Positions 1 through 14,271 of a DNA stretch of 51,148 bases are shown one piece after another. A program made the position numbers and the translations under genes. The stretch comes from Guillardia theta CCMP2712 (taxonomy: Eukaryota; Protista; Cryptophyta): positions 79,706 to 130,853 of the forward strand of contig NW_005434572.1 of NCBI RefSeq assembly GCF_000315625.1, read 5' to 3'. The stretch's first letter is position 1; every line of letters begins with the position of its first letter. The notes beneath the pieces were generated by a model, which saw only the letters and a program-made list of their open reading frames with translations, had not been told where the DNA came from and did no database searches.

Positions 1-234
1 CCCCCCCTCTGTCTCTCTGAAGTTTCTCTCTCCCCCCTTTGTCTCGAATTGTCGACCTCTCAGCCACAAACTCCCCAGTTCAAAATTTGCCCGGAGTATG
101 CACACGTTGATCACTTCCGCACACACGACACATCATTGTTGTAGACTTTCGATTGGTCGTTCACTCCTCTCCTTCATCTGAATGATCTCATCGAGTGCCT
201 CGCACATGATGCATGTTGAACGCCCTTCATCGTA

Positions 235-1696
235 GCTGCTCAACATGTACGGTTCATGAGCTGACATCTTGGTGACCTCTGCGACAGGTATGAGAGGGAA
301 ATGAGCATTCGCCGGGACAAGTGGAATGAGCTGTAAAAAACTCGTTCTTGTCTGTATCGCTCCTTACCGTTCGTTTGATAGCATGAAGAAGTCTCCCGGT
401 TCCACCTTCATGAAGAGCAAGAACTTGAAGAAGATGGTTCGTAACGGACTGGCGAGCAGCATACGAGGGCACGTCTGGATGCACCTGTCAGGGGCTGCAA
501 ACAAGCTAGACAGTTGTCCGATGCTTTACAAGTACTTGGACTGATTGCGCCTGTTTCCTGCTGAGTAGTTCGTGGCAGGCAGCTGAGCGACGAGTCAACG
601 TGGAATGGGCTGTCGACCGAAGCCAACGAAGCCCTTGCTCAGATAGAACTTGACCTCCCCCGCACCTTCCCCGACCACCCTCGCTTCAAGATGCCCAAGG
701 ATGCGGATCCTCCTCCTGACTCCCTGATCCCTTCCCTGCGAAGAGTCCTCAGAGCATACGCTCGTCGCAACAAGCAGGTGACGGTTGCTGCTGGCGTTGC
801 TCGCGACCGCTCATGGGGTGCTAGGTCGGATACTGTCAGGGCCTCAACTTCATCGCGGGCCTGATGCTTCTGTTTCTCCGTGAGGATCAGGCGTGAGTTT
901 CATTCTGCTCCCTAGTGATGCGTGTTTGGACAACTGAACCTGTTTGTTTTGCTTTCAGTTTCTGGCTGCTCTGCGTTCTGATCGAAGACATTCTCCCTGG
1001 TGATTATGTTGACCAGATTTATGTTGAAGGTTGATCAATGCCCGTGTGATGCAGGAGACTACTACGCTCAAGACCTTAGCGGGTGCAACGTAGACTTGCG
1101 CGTGTTTCGGGACATGTGAGACCCGGGAGGTCGAGTCGAGGTTGTTGATGTCGCCGTAGGTTATCCAAGAGGCTCCCGAAGCTCTGGAAGCACTTCCAAG
1201 AAGCGGGTCTAGGAGTGGAGTTCTTCTGTCTCGAGTGGTTCATCGCCATCTACGCCAAGACGCTTCCGACGGAGACGATGCTGCGAGTGTGGGACTCAAT
1301 CTTCCTCGAAGGATACAAGATCATCTTCCGCATCGGCCTCGGAATCTTGTGCAGTTCCCTTACTCTCACTGTCCCCGTCTGACTGACCGGGCGCAGAGAG
1401 CTCTACGAGAAGCAGCTGCTCTGCATCACCGAGCCGCACGAGCTGTTTGCCGCGATGCAGGACCTGGGCAAGTCGCTCATTGACGCAGACTCGTTGATCA
1501 AGGTCAGCTTTGGTATCCAGATGAAGCGCACGACGGTAAGAGAGGAGGAGGAGGAGGAGGATGAAGGGAAAGTGGAGATAGGGTGGGAGCTTCGGGGGGT
1601 CGTCACCTGACGACGGTGCAGGTGATAGCTCTCAGGGAAAAACATCGGTCAGAGGTCATTGCAGAGAGGGAATCGCGGCAAGTGGAGAAGAAGTAG
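235..1696 (+). CDS. TBC-domain Rab GTPase-activating protein (multi-exon; 5' end uncertain)
   Basis: Spliced translation gives TBC signatures: LKKMVRNGLASSIRGHVWMHLSGA, IELDLPRTFPDHP (IxxDxxR finger), VGYCQGLNFIAG (YxQ finger), EWFIAIYAKTLPTETMLRVWD. GT-AG introns restore frame; stop TAG 1694-1696. Confidence 0.9.
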
Positions 1697-1933
1697 CATG
1701 CCAGGTGTCCGAGTTGTCGCTGCCGAAGGGGAAGACACAGTGTACAGGATGGGAGTAGACGATGAGCAGGAGGCGACGGGGAACTGATCACTTCTCCTTG
1801 ACGATGCTTGACAAGCAGGACTCGGCAGCGTCGAGATCAGGGGGGGGGGAGGCTGCTGTTGCCGCAAGGCGAGCAGGCTGTTAGAGTAACGAAGGACATT
1901 TTGTCACTTTCAATGCAAAAATCCGTCGTATCT

Positions 1934-4757
1934 TTATGTCTCAACAGGCACGTCCTCTCCCACCTCACTCTCCAGCACAGCCTTGCGCGAGAGGCGGATC
2001 TTCCCCTTCTGGTCGCGGAGGGCAAGGACTTTGACGTCCATCTTCTCTCCGATCTTGAAACGCAACTCAACGCTGTCGATCCGCTCCTTGTCAAGCTCCG
2101 ACACGTGCACCAGCCCCTCCTTCCCCGGCCACAGCTCCACGAAGCAGCCGAAGGGATGCACTCCCACTGCAGCAAGTCAGCAGGACGCGCGCGCGAGCAG
2201 GAGACGTCACCTATCGTGCAGTCCTTGTAGACCTTCCCCACTTCCGGGTCCGCCGCCTTCTTTTTCAGGGTGGCGGTGGAAGAAGGCGAGAAGTTGTTGG
2301 CCTCCTGGGCAAGGAAGCGGACCTTGTCTTCGGCCTTGGCGATGTTGTCGGAGCTCAGGGCTGTGATGGTCACGACGCCCTCGGACTTGGTCTCGACAAT
2401 GTCGATGTTGGTCAGCTTGAATTCCTCGATCAGGCTCCTGATCGTTGTCCCTCCGGGCCCGATGATCTTCCCGATGGCCACCAAAGGCACTGAGAACCGG
2501 ACTAGCTTCGGCACGGAGGGAGCGAGCTCGGGCCGGGGCTTTGCCTGGGCCTTGAGCATGTGGACGAGCATGTGGACTCTTCCTTCTCTTGCCTGCGCTA
2601 GCGCCGACTTGAGGAGGTTGACGCTGAGGCCCTCGCACTTGATGTCTAGCTGGAAGGCCGTGATGCCCTTGGCGTCTCCGCAGACCTTGAAGTCCATGGT
2701 ACCCAGCGAGTCCTCGAGGCCGAGGATGTCGGTCAGGATGACTGCCTCCTCCTCCATCTTCCTCATGATCGCCTCCTTGTTCTCCTCGTTTCCTCTCTTG
2801 AGGTTCTCCGGCAGCAGCAGGCCCATCGCTACCCCGGCGACTGGGCGCTTGAGCGGCACACCAGCATCGAAGAGGGCGAGGCAGCCCCCGCACACTGAGG
2901 CCATGGACGAGCTGCCGCAGCTCTCGGTGATGAGAGACTCTACGCGGATGGTGTAGGGAAAGTCGTCCTCGCTCGGGATGACTGGGAGGAGACCTCTCTG
3001 CAAGGAGATCAGGAGGAGCGAGGCAAGCAGCAAGAAGGAGCATCTCCTACCTCAGCAAGGTTCCCGTGCCCGATCTCTCTCCGCCCTATCGCTCCCACTC
3101 TTCCGCACTCCCCCACAGAGGAAGGCGGGAACGAGTACTGCAGGTAGAAGCGTTTGCTCTCCTCTCCGTCCAACCCCTCCGATCGCTGCCTGCTCCCGCT
3201 GTCTCCGAGTGTCACCGTCGCGAGCGCCTGTGTCTCACCTCGGGTGAAGAGCGACGAGCCATGAACAGCAGGAGCGAGCGGCGACATCCTGACGCTGATG
3301 GGACGGACCTGCCGGGTTGTCCTGCCGTCTACTCGCTGATCTTTCTCCTTGGCAAACTGACGCATCTTCTCGGCCGCAAAGCGCTTGAACGTCGTCTTGA
3401 CGTCGATCGCGTACCCAGGCGGCAGGTCCTCCTTGCCCTCCAGAAAAATCCTCTTGGCCTCGTCCTCGAGCCCGAAGATGGCGGTGTACACATCCCGCTT
3501 AGACGAGCTGCCGGTACAGATCGCGCTCACCATGGCCTCCCCGAGGTGCTCCTCGAACTGCTCGAAGAGCGACTCGTCGGGCTGGCGGATCAGCTCCCGC
3601 AGAGAGACTTCCTTGCGAGCCTCGAGGGTCTTGGCGGCGAAGAGCCTGAGCCCGATGCAGATCTTCTTGATGGCCTTCATTCCCAGCTCGATCGCCTCCA
3701 CCATCTGCTCGTCGCTCAAGAAGTCGGCGGCGCCCTCGATCATCATGACCGACTCCTCGGTCCCGGACACGAAGAGGTTCAGGCGGGAGGTCTTGAGCGC
3801 TTCTCTCGTCGGGTTGATCACAAACTTGCCCTTGGCGTCCATCCCGATGCACACGCCTGCCACTGGCGTGTCGAAAGGGATCGGACTGGCCAGCAGCGCG
3901 GCTGACGACGAAATCAGCGCCAGCGGGTCGACGTTGGCTTGCGGGTCGTAGGCAAGGACCCAGGAGAGGACCTGGACTTCTCTGCAGAAGCCAGGAGGGA
4001 AGAGAGGACGGAGAGTACGGTCAATGATCCTCGCAGTTAGAACCTCCTCGTCCGAGGGCCTTCCGTCCCTCTTGATGTAACCTCCGCTCGTCTTCCCTGC
4101 TGCGGACGAACGCTCTTGGTAATGGACGGAGAGAGGGACGAAGTCTTCCACTACTTCCTCCTTGTCCAGGTTGAGGTCTCCGCAGGCCGTCGAGTAAACG
4201 ATCGAGTCCCTTTGCTTCGCCATAACGGCCCCTGCTGCAAGCCTGCCGACTTCCCCGCTCTCCAGCCGCAGCTTGTTCCCATCGATGTCGACCTCCATCA
4301 CAACCTTGCGAAAGTTATGCTCTCCTTGTTCGCAAGCTTCTTCGAACACGTTGATGTCCGGATGCGATCGTTCCTCCACCATCATTCCGTTCGACAACCC
4401 TGCCCTTCTCCTCCTTACTAGCAACTGGTTCCCTGCCGACAACGGACGTGCAACCCCAGCCCCGAATCCTCCCCACAGGCCATGAGGCATGTTGAAATGA
4501 AACTTCGGGGATGGGGAAGAGAAGCGACCTTTGGATGAGGCAGAGGAAGCAGAGGGAGAAGCGGAGAAGGAGGAGAGGGAGCAAAACGGTCCTTTCGAGG
4601 AAGCCGATGTCCTGAAGGAGGAGGATGGGCTGGTCTGCAAGGAGGGAGCGAATGCAGGAGTCCTTGGGGAGGGTGAGGGCGGGAGCGGCAGGGCGCTGGG
4701 GTCCCATGCCTGCGCATGTCCCGCCATGAGCGCCATGAACAGTGCTATGTGCGCCAT
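1934..4757 (-). CDS. PNP: Polyribonucleotide nucleotidyltransferase (PNPase), probably plastid-targeted; 2 introns (~2168-2211, ~2998-3051)
   Basis: RNase PH motifs (DFVPLSVHYQER, GGYIKRDGRPS, HGSSLFTRGETQ, RREIGHGNLAE, ESCGSSSMASVCGG, TDILGLED..GTMDFKVCG), KH (IGKIIGPGGTTIR) and S1 (PFGCFVELWPGKEGLVHVSEL) domains. N-terminal signal peptide followed by a Ser/Pro-rich transit-like region. Confidence 0.95.
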
Positions 4758-4819
4758 GCCAGGAGGCCGCCTACCCCACCCCCACCCCCGATCTCCCCTC
4801 TTCATTAGACCAAAGCATT

Positions 4820-5010
4820 CAATTTATACCCCTGCTTTACCCTCTCAATGAACCCCTGGTAAAGTACCCTACCCTAGTTTTTGAGTCGTAGGTAATTCCA
4901 GTGTATACCACCCCTCTTGTTCCCAGGAGAGCTCCAGTATGGGTGGGGTGTTCTACCCAACCCTCCTGTAGCTCCACCCCCACCCCCTCAATTTCCTTCT
5001 TGGCGCACGA
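4820..5010. promoter_or_regulatory. ACCCC/TACCC-rich tract in divergent spacer
   Basis: Dense TACCC/ACCCC and GGGGT runs just upstream of the PNPase start; the same sequence type occurs in other head-to-head spacers. Confidence 0.4.
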
Positions 5011-5084
5011 TTGGGAGGGGGGTACGTACAGCTGGTGAAGAATCCGATCATGACGAGATGCGAAATGGAGCGAGGAAACGAAGA

Positions 5085-5278
5085 GAGGAGGAGGACGAGC
5101 AGGAGGAGCAGGAGGAGCAGGAGGAGCAGGAGGAGCAGGAGGAGCAGGAGCAGGAGCAGGAGCAGGAGTGGGGGTTCAAACGAAGGGAAGGTGTACAGTG
5201 GTGATAGTTGGATGGTGCGATCAGGTGGGAGGAGGTGAACAATTGACGTCAGGAGAGGAGAGGAGAGGAGAGGAGAGG
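5085..5278. repeat. (GAGGAGCAG)n / (GAGCAG)n and (AGAGG)n microsatellites
   Basis: Directly visible tandem repeats. Confidence 0.9.
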
Positions 5279-5762
5279 ATAATGAACAAGAGAAGATATC
5301 AGAACTGAAGTCAGAGCGAAGCAAAGGAAAGAAAACCTGACGAGGTACAAAGAGGAAGAATCACGACAAAAAGACAGGAGAGGAGAGGAGCAGGAGAAAA
5401 CAAGGAGAGGAGGGCGGGAGAGGATGTTTCATGGATAGATGGGTGAGGAGGAAAGAATGGTCGGAGAAGAAGAGACCGAGCACAGGCAAGAGATCTGCTT
5501 CATTCATGGATGGAAGAAGTGCTGTATGGAACATGACGCCTCCTCATCAGGTGAAGGTGAAACAGCGATGAGGGTGCGAGGTTGGAACAAGTCAGACTCT
5601 CGCGCGGGTGCCGATGGAGATGTTTGGAGATGATTCTCGAAGAGCTGATCACAAGGGCTCGAGCAATCTCACTGGTCGATGGTGCAGCAGCAGCTCGTGA
5701 TGTAGTTTAACTCCTAGGACAGAGGCTGGGATTGTTTCGGGTGCTCGAGACTGCAGGTGAGT

Positions 5763-8408
5763 ATGCTTCCTCCAAGGAAGGACAAGGTGGAGTCGTCCCG
5801 AAGGACGAAGAGGGAGTTTGAAAGCCATCTGACGTGGCAGAAGAGAATCTCAGGGAGCCTCCTTGCGGTGGTGCAGGCGTTTGCTTCAACTCCGACCCAC
5901 CTGCCCGGTCAAGGGCATGGGAAGAGGCGTTCCTCCTCCTCCTCCCTGTTTCTCTCCTTCCTCTGCCTGTGTATAGTCGTGCTGCTCGGCTCTTCCCTTC
6001 CAAGTTTATTCTTTTCTCGCTCCCACCCAGCTTCAGCAAGCGCCTCGAGCAAGAGCCCAGCTGACGTCCAGCGGCTGCTGATACGAGACCTGAGCTCCCC
6101 CAACTCCTCGATCGAGTCGGCTGAGCTGGACCTCATTGCTGGGGATTCCAAGGTCGTCCTTGCCCGCAAGAGCGATGTGACCGTCAGAAGGAAGTTCTGG
6201 GCTGCCATGACGGCAGCGCTGAAGCACAGGCTCCTCCTCCTCCACCCCAACGCGAACCTCACGCTCACTCCCTCCCTGTCGGAGCTATCCTCCAACGACC
6301 TCGTCTTTGTCACCTCTGCCTTCGATCAGAATTGCCACGAGGCCTGCGCTGAGAACGGAGAGGAGTGGCAGTGCTCCTCGCCCTGGTTCGACCTCCTCAA
6401 CCGCTGTGACCTGCTCCAGGTCGCCTTCCCTCACGCGGCCACCTGCTTGTCTCACTTCTACGGCCGCGACCTCCCGGCGCTCAGCTCGGACGTGGGCGGC
6501 TACGCTCGTGGGGACTACGTCCTCGTGAACTCGAAGCCGCAAGAGTATGACATCTCCTGCGACGCACAGGGCGAGCACAGCGCGAGGCTGTGCGCATGCA
6601 AGCGCAGCGGAACAGGAGGGAGGGACCTTCAGTCTCGGGTGTCGCGGATCGTGATCAAGCAGCTGCAGCAGTTCGACAAGAGGCTAGCGGGAGGCCAGCA
6701 GGCTGCGGGGCAGGCGAACGAGTGGTGGGCAGAGAGGTCGGCGCAGTCTCTGATCGAGGACATCGAGAAGAAGAGGACGACGTTCCTGGAAGCGAACCAG
6801 GGCGTTAGCTGCTTCACCGCCTGCCAGGAGCAGAACCTGGCGTGCCAGCGAATCTGGTTCGACGTGCTCAACAACTGTGAAGCCCTGGCCGTCGCCTTCC
6901 CCTCCCACAAGATCTGCAGCACAGACTTCTACGGGCGGGACCTGCCGGCCTACCGGCCCGAGGACCTGACCGTCCTCGTGAACAAGAAGCCGCGAACGTA
7001 CTCGAGCTCCTGCGGGGGCAAGCACGAGAAGACAAAGAGGCTGTGCGGATGCGGCTTCAGTAAGGGAGGGTCCACCACCTCCCGCACCTTCCACACGGTC
7101 TACAACGTGCAGGCGTCCAAGTACTTCGAGTGGCAAGTCAGGTACATGCACTTCTGGTTCAAGCAGGCCAACATGCCCGGCAAGATCACCCGCCTGCTCT
7201 CTGCCAACCAGCCAGACTTCCTTGCTGGAGAGATCCCAACGCACACGTCTCCCCCCTACAAGAGCGACGACCCCAATGACCACTACACGCCCTACAACAA
7301 GCCCTGGGCCATCCACCGCTGGCTTCAGGACGCGGAGCCCACGGAGGATGTAATCCTCATCGTCGACCCGGACTGCATGTTCCTCAGCAGGATGGAGTTC
7401 ATGGTGGAGGAGGGGGCGCCGGTCGCCCAGCAGGCCTTCTATCACTTCGACTTCAGCACCGACGATGTCCCCATGCAGATCGCTCGGCGGTACTGCAGGA
7501 ACTGCTCCTTCCTCGATCCCATCGCCGTCCCCATCATCATCCACCGCCATGACATCGCCAGGATCGCCCCCTTGTGGCTCAAGAAGACCCGCGAGATCCG
7601 CATCGACAAGCCCAACTGGCCGATCAGCTGGTACAACACCAGCATGAGCCCCGTCGGCCTGACCTGGACTGCCGAGATGTTCGGCTACGTGTTTGCTGCT
7701 GCCGAGCTGGGGATCCGGCACGAGATCTGGGACCTGCAGAACGTCCCTCGAGTGCACAAGGAGATTTTCACCTCCATCATCCACTACCACGTTGAGGTTC
7801 CCATCCCTGACGGTGAGGCCCCATGCTGCTTAGGAGGTCGAGGACGAGACCAAGGACAAGGATTTGGAGGAGGAAGGGGGGGTAGAAGGGAAGGCAGGGT
7901 TTGAGAAGGCGGGGGGGGGGGGGAGGTCAGGAGGAAGGAGGCAGGAGGCAGGACGGGGGGAGGGAGGAGGGGAGGGGAGGAGTGACATTGCGGCAGGACG
8001 ACAGTGGTGGAAGCACTCAGATGACGCTGGTTACAACATCCCATGGCCGATCCCTGCGGAGACTGACCAAGTCACGCGCACACTCATCACTAAACTTCAC
8101 GAGGTAGAGAGGAAAGGCAAAGGAGGAGGAGGAGGAGGAGGAGAGAGGGAGGAGGAGGAGGAGACCGGGAGGGGGTTGGGAGGTGTGGGGAGGGGAGGAG
8201 GAAGGGAGGGGAGGGAGGAGACGAGGAGGGGAGGGAGGAGGTTTGTTGGGAGGGGGGGNNNNNNNNNNNNNNNNNNNNNNNNNNNNNNNNNNNNNNNNNN
8301 NNNNNNNNNNNNNNNNNNNNNNNNNNNNNNNNNNNNNNNNNNNNNNNNNNNNNNNNNNGGTAGGCACGAGAAACTCTCGGGACACAAAACACGAATGGAA
8401 GACTGTGA
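5763..8408 (+). CDS. Type II membrane glycosyltransferase, HPAT/SERGT1 (GT95/GT96)-like, with two Cys-rich MGAT5-C-terminal-like repeats; 3' end beyond the N gap is uncertain
   Basis: TM LFLSFLCLCIVVLLG. Catalytic motifs FHTVYNVQASKYFEWQ, GKITRLLS, YTPYNKPWAIHRWL, ILIVDPDCMF (DxD), IAPLWLKKT, WTAEMFGYVFAAAELG. Introns at ~7813-7996 and from 8104 across the gap. Confidence 0.8.
8259..8358. other. Assembly gap (100 N)
   Basis: Run of N. Confidence 1.
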
Positions 8409-8474
8409 ACAAGTACGTTCCTGAAGTTCGTCGACGCTAAGTCATTACACGTGCTACTTTACCGACTGTGCCAG

Positions 8475-11908
<3,434 letters not shown>

Positions 11909-11984
11909 GTCGGGCACCTTGGCCTGGCCCTTCCGTTACACAAATCCAACTGTTTCCTCACTAACAGAGAGGAGGCTGAGGCTC

Positions 11985-12745
11985 CGAGCCTCGCCGCGCG
12001 CGGCCGCGCGGCCCGATGATCGGAACCAGCGAGTCACTCACACGGTGAGCTCCGAGAGCCATCGGCGGCGTCCGACCGTTCAGCCTCCAGTGACCCTTCG
12101 AGTCGAGCCTGAGGCTCGGTGACGCCGCCGGCTGCCAGCGCCGGGGGGGGCCGAACGGGGGCCTCGGGCCGGCCGGCGGCCGGCCGGCCTGGCAATCATC
12201 GAAACATCAAGGCTTAGAACCGTTCTAAGCGGGTCACCGAATCGTACGGCGTACGATTCGGTGCCCCGCGACTCAGTCGAGCCTGGACAGCGGGCGGGGG
12301 CCCGCTGAGCCGGCGCCCCGGAGCCGCCGCTGCGGCCCCCGCGACCGGACGGTACTACTAGTGAGGCTACCGGGGGATCCGGGCACAATGATCCGATGCC
12401 AGATGATCACAGGCTGGCTGCCTTGAGTGAGGTTGATCAGTTGGCAAACGCCGGGCCGCCCCGGCGCCCCCGGGGCCACAGTGACCCGGTCCCCGGGGCC
12501 GCCCGGCCGTCCGACTGCCAGCCTCCGGCCGCGGCGCGCGCAGCCGCCCGGCCCCCGCGCCCCCCCGGGCCCCGGCGCCCCGGCGGCGGTGCCAACACTT
12601 AGCCTGCCGCCGGGCCAGTCCGCGGTGGCCTACCGGAGTCCGAGGCTCCGGGCTCCGGGAGTGCCCCGGACTCGACCCGTGACCGGGTCGGGCGGCCCGG
12701 CCGGCCCCGCGCCGCCCGGCCGCCGGGGCCCGGGCTCACGCCAGA
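11985..12745. repeat. Extremely GC-rich, CCGG/GGCC-rich, palindrome-bearing non-coding element
   Basis: Abrupt compositional shift, no credible protein, several perfect inverted repeats (12212-12230, 12235-12263, 12673-12690). Confidence 0.55.
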
Positions 12746-12764
12746 CCCTCATACTGGACAATTT

Positions 12765-13320
12765 TGGGTCCCCTACCCTCTCTGCTATCACCATTAGATG
12801 ACCCCACTACCCCCAATTTTCCCTGCAAACACCTTCCTAAACTAGGTACAGCATCATTCACTACCCTACCCCCTCACATTTTTATTTGTATTATTGCTTT
12901 TAGAGACCAACAGGACCACCCCCACCCCTCGGCAATTCTGGGATTATTGTCTCTCAGCTACTACCCCTACCCAACACCACACGACTACCCCACCCATTTA
13001 TCGTCACGAAAAAGACACTTGTGGCCCATTTTGACTACCCCATTTGCCTACCCACCCCTCGCACCTACCCCCTTGTTGAAAGTACCCCCATAATCTCATA
13101 TCATCCACCCCCTCCCTCTATTCCCACAATACGTCACCCACCCACCCCTGCAATCGTCTCCTGCCTGGAAACCCACCCACCGTCCTCCACCCTCTTCCCT
13201 CGACCACCCCCATTTTGTACATTACACACCCTCTGTTCCCCATTACTACCCCAACATGCACACACCCCTACCCCTATTTCTCTGGCTTTTCACCCTACCC
13301 CACTTTTGGCCTACTCACGT
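12765..13320. promoter_or_regulatory. Long CTACCCC/ACCCC-rich tract in divergent spacer
   Basis: Many TACCCC/ACCCC runs with strong C skew; contains GACTACCCCACCCAT at 12983-12997. Confidence 0.45.
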
Positions 13321-14271
13321 CCTCGCCTCCTATGCCGTGACGTGAAGCGGCTGGAGAAGGGAATGCGAGAGGAGAGGAGGAGAGGAGAAGCGGGAATGCA
13401 GGGCCAAGATGACGAAACTCAATAAAAAATGCAGATGATAGCGATGGAGGATGAGAAGAGCAAGCAGGGAAAGCGGGATCCACAAAGACAAAAGGATGTT
13501 TGGTCGAGGAGGGTGATTGAACGCGATTGGACGTCTCGCACGTTGGCAATGGAAGCAAAGTGGATGAAGTTGTTGATGATCATAGCACAAGAATACGATA
13601 TATTTTCAGTTTGGTGTGAGGCTAAGGCGAAGAGCCGGAATAGAATGTTGACACAGAGCAAGATAGTGACGGATAGATTTATTTCCAGAGGTTGATTTCA
13701 GTGATGGTGGATGGCAGAGAGCCTTGCAAGCATCTAGCTTTCAAAACCTCAACTAGCTTTCACAAGTCAACTTGTTCCATGATGCTTCTATCTCCTTACG
13801 TGCGATACGATGTTCGCATGTCTTTGACACTCCCCCAGCCCTAGTCTATAGCATGACATGTCATCATCACTCTCTGATGGTAGTATCAATTATTCAAGGG
13901 CGGCCCATCATTCTTTGATGCTGTTCTGATCTCATGCCACCACCTCTATCTGATCTCATGTCACCGCCTCTATCCATCTTTTCTTCTGTTTGGATTCCAT
14001 TCATGCCTGAAGTCATGGAATCTTCAAGATAGCTTCCTCCTTGCAACTGTGTCTCCTGGTCTGGTTGCTTTGTTGAATCTAAGTCGTGCGTGTTTTCTCG
14101 TCAAAACCGTTGCTTGCCCTTGTGCCTTGTAGGCATTGATCCGCTATCACAAAGTTGTGCTGGTAAAGGGGAAAGATAGTTTGAAATAGTTTTCAACAGC
14201 GTGCACTCTGAACCTCATACGACTCAAACAGTGACGAGGTGTGACAGAAATCTTCGCAGGGTCTGCGTGAT

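Noticed and set aside
2207-3951. Long alternative-frame and antisense ORFs over PNPase (likewise over the GT, RPL4, SPB1 and ELAPOR genes)
   Set aside because: Shadow ORFs caused by high GC3 codon bias of the real genes; no recognisable domains.
8359-8440. Possible frameshift in the last glycosyltransferase exon (ARETLG vs DTKHEWKTVNKY frames)
   Set aside because: Adjacent to an N gap, where sequence quality is doubtful; cannot be separated from error.
12080-12801. Pro/Arg/Gly-rich ORFs in the GC island
   Set aside because: Expected from stop-codon scarcity at very high GC; no splice or codon evidence.
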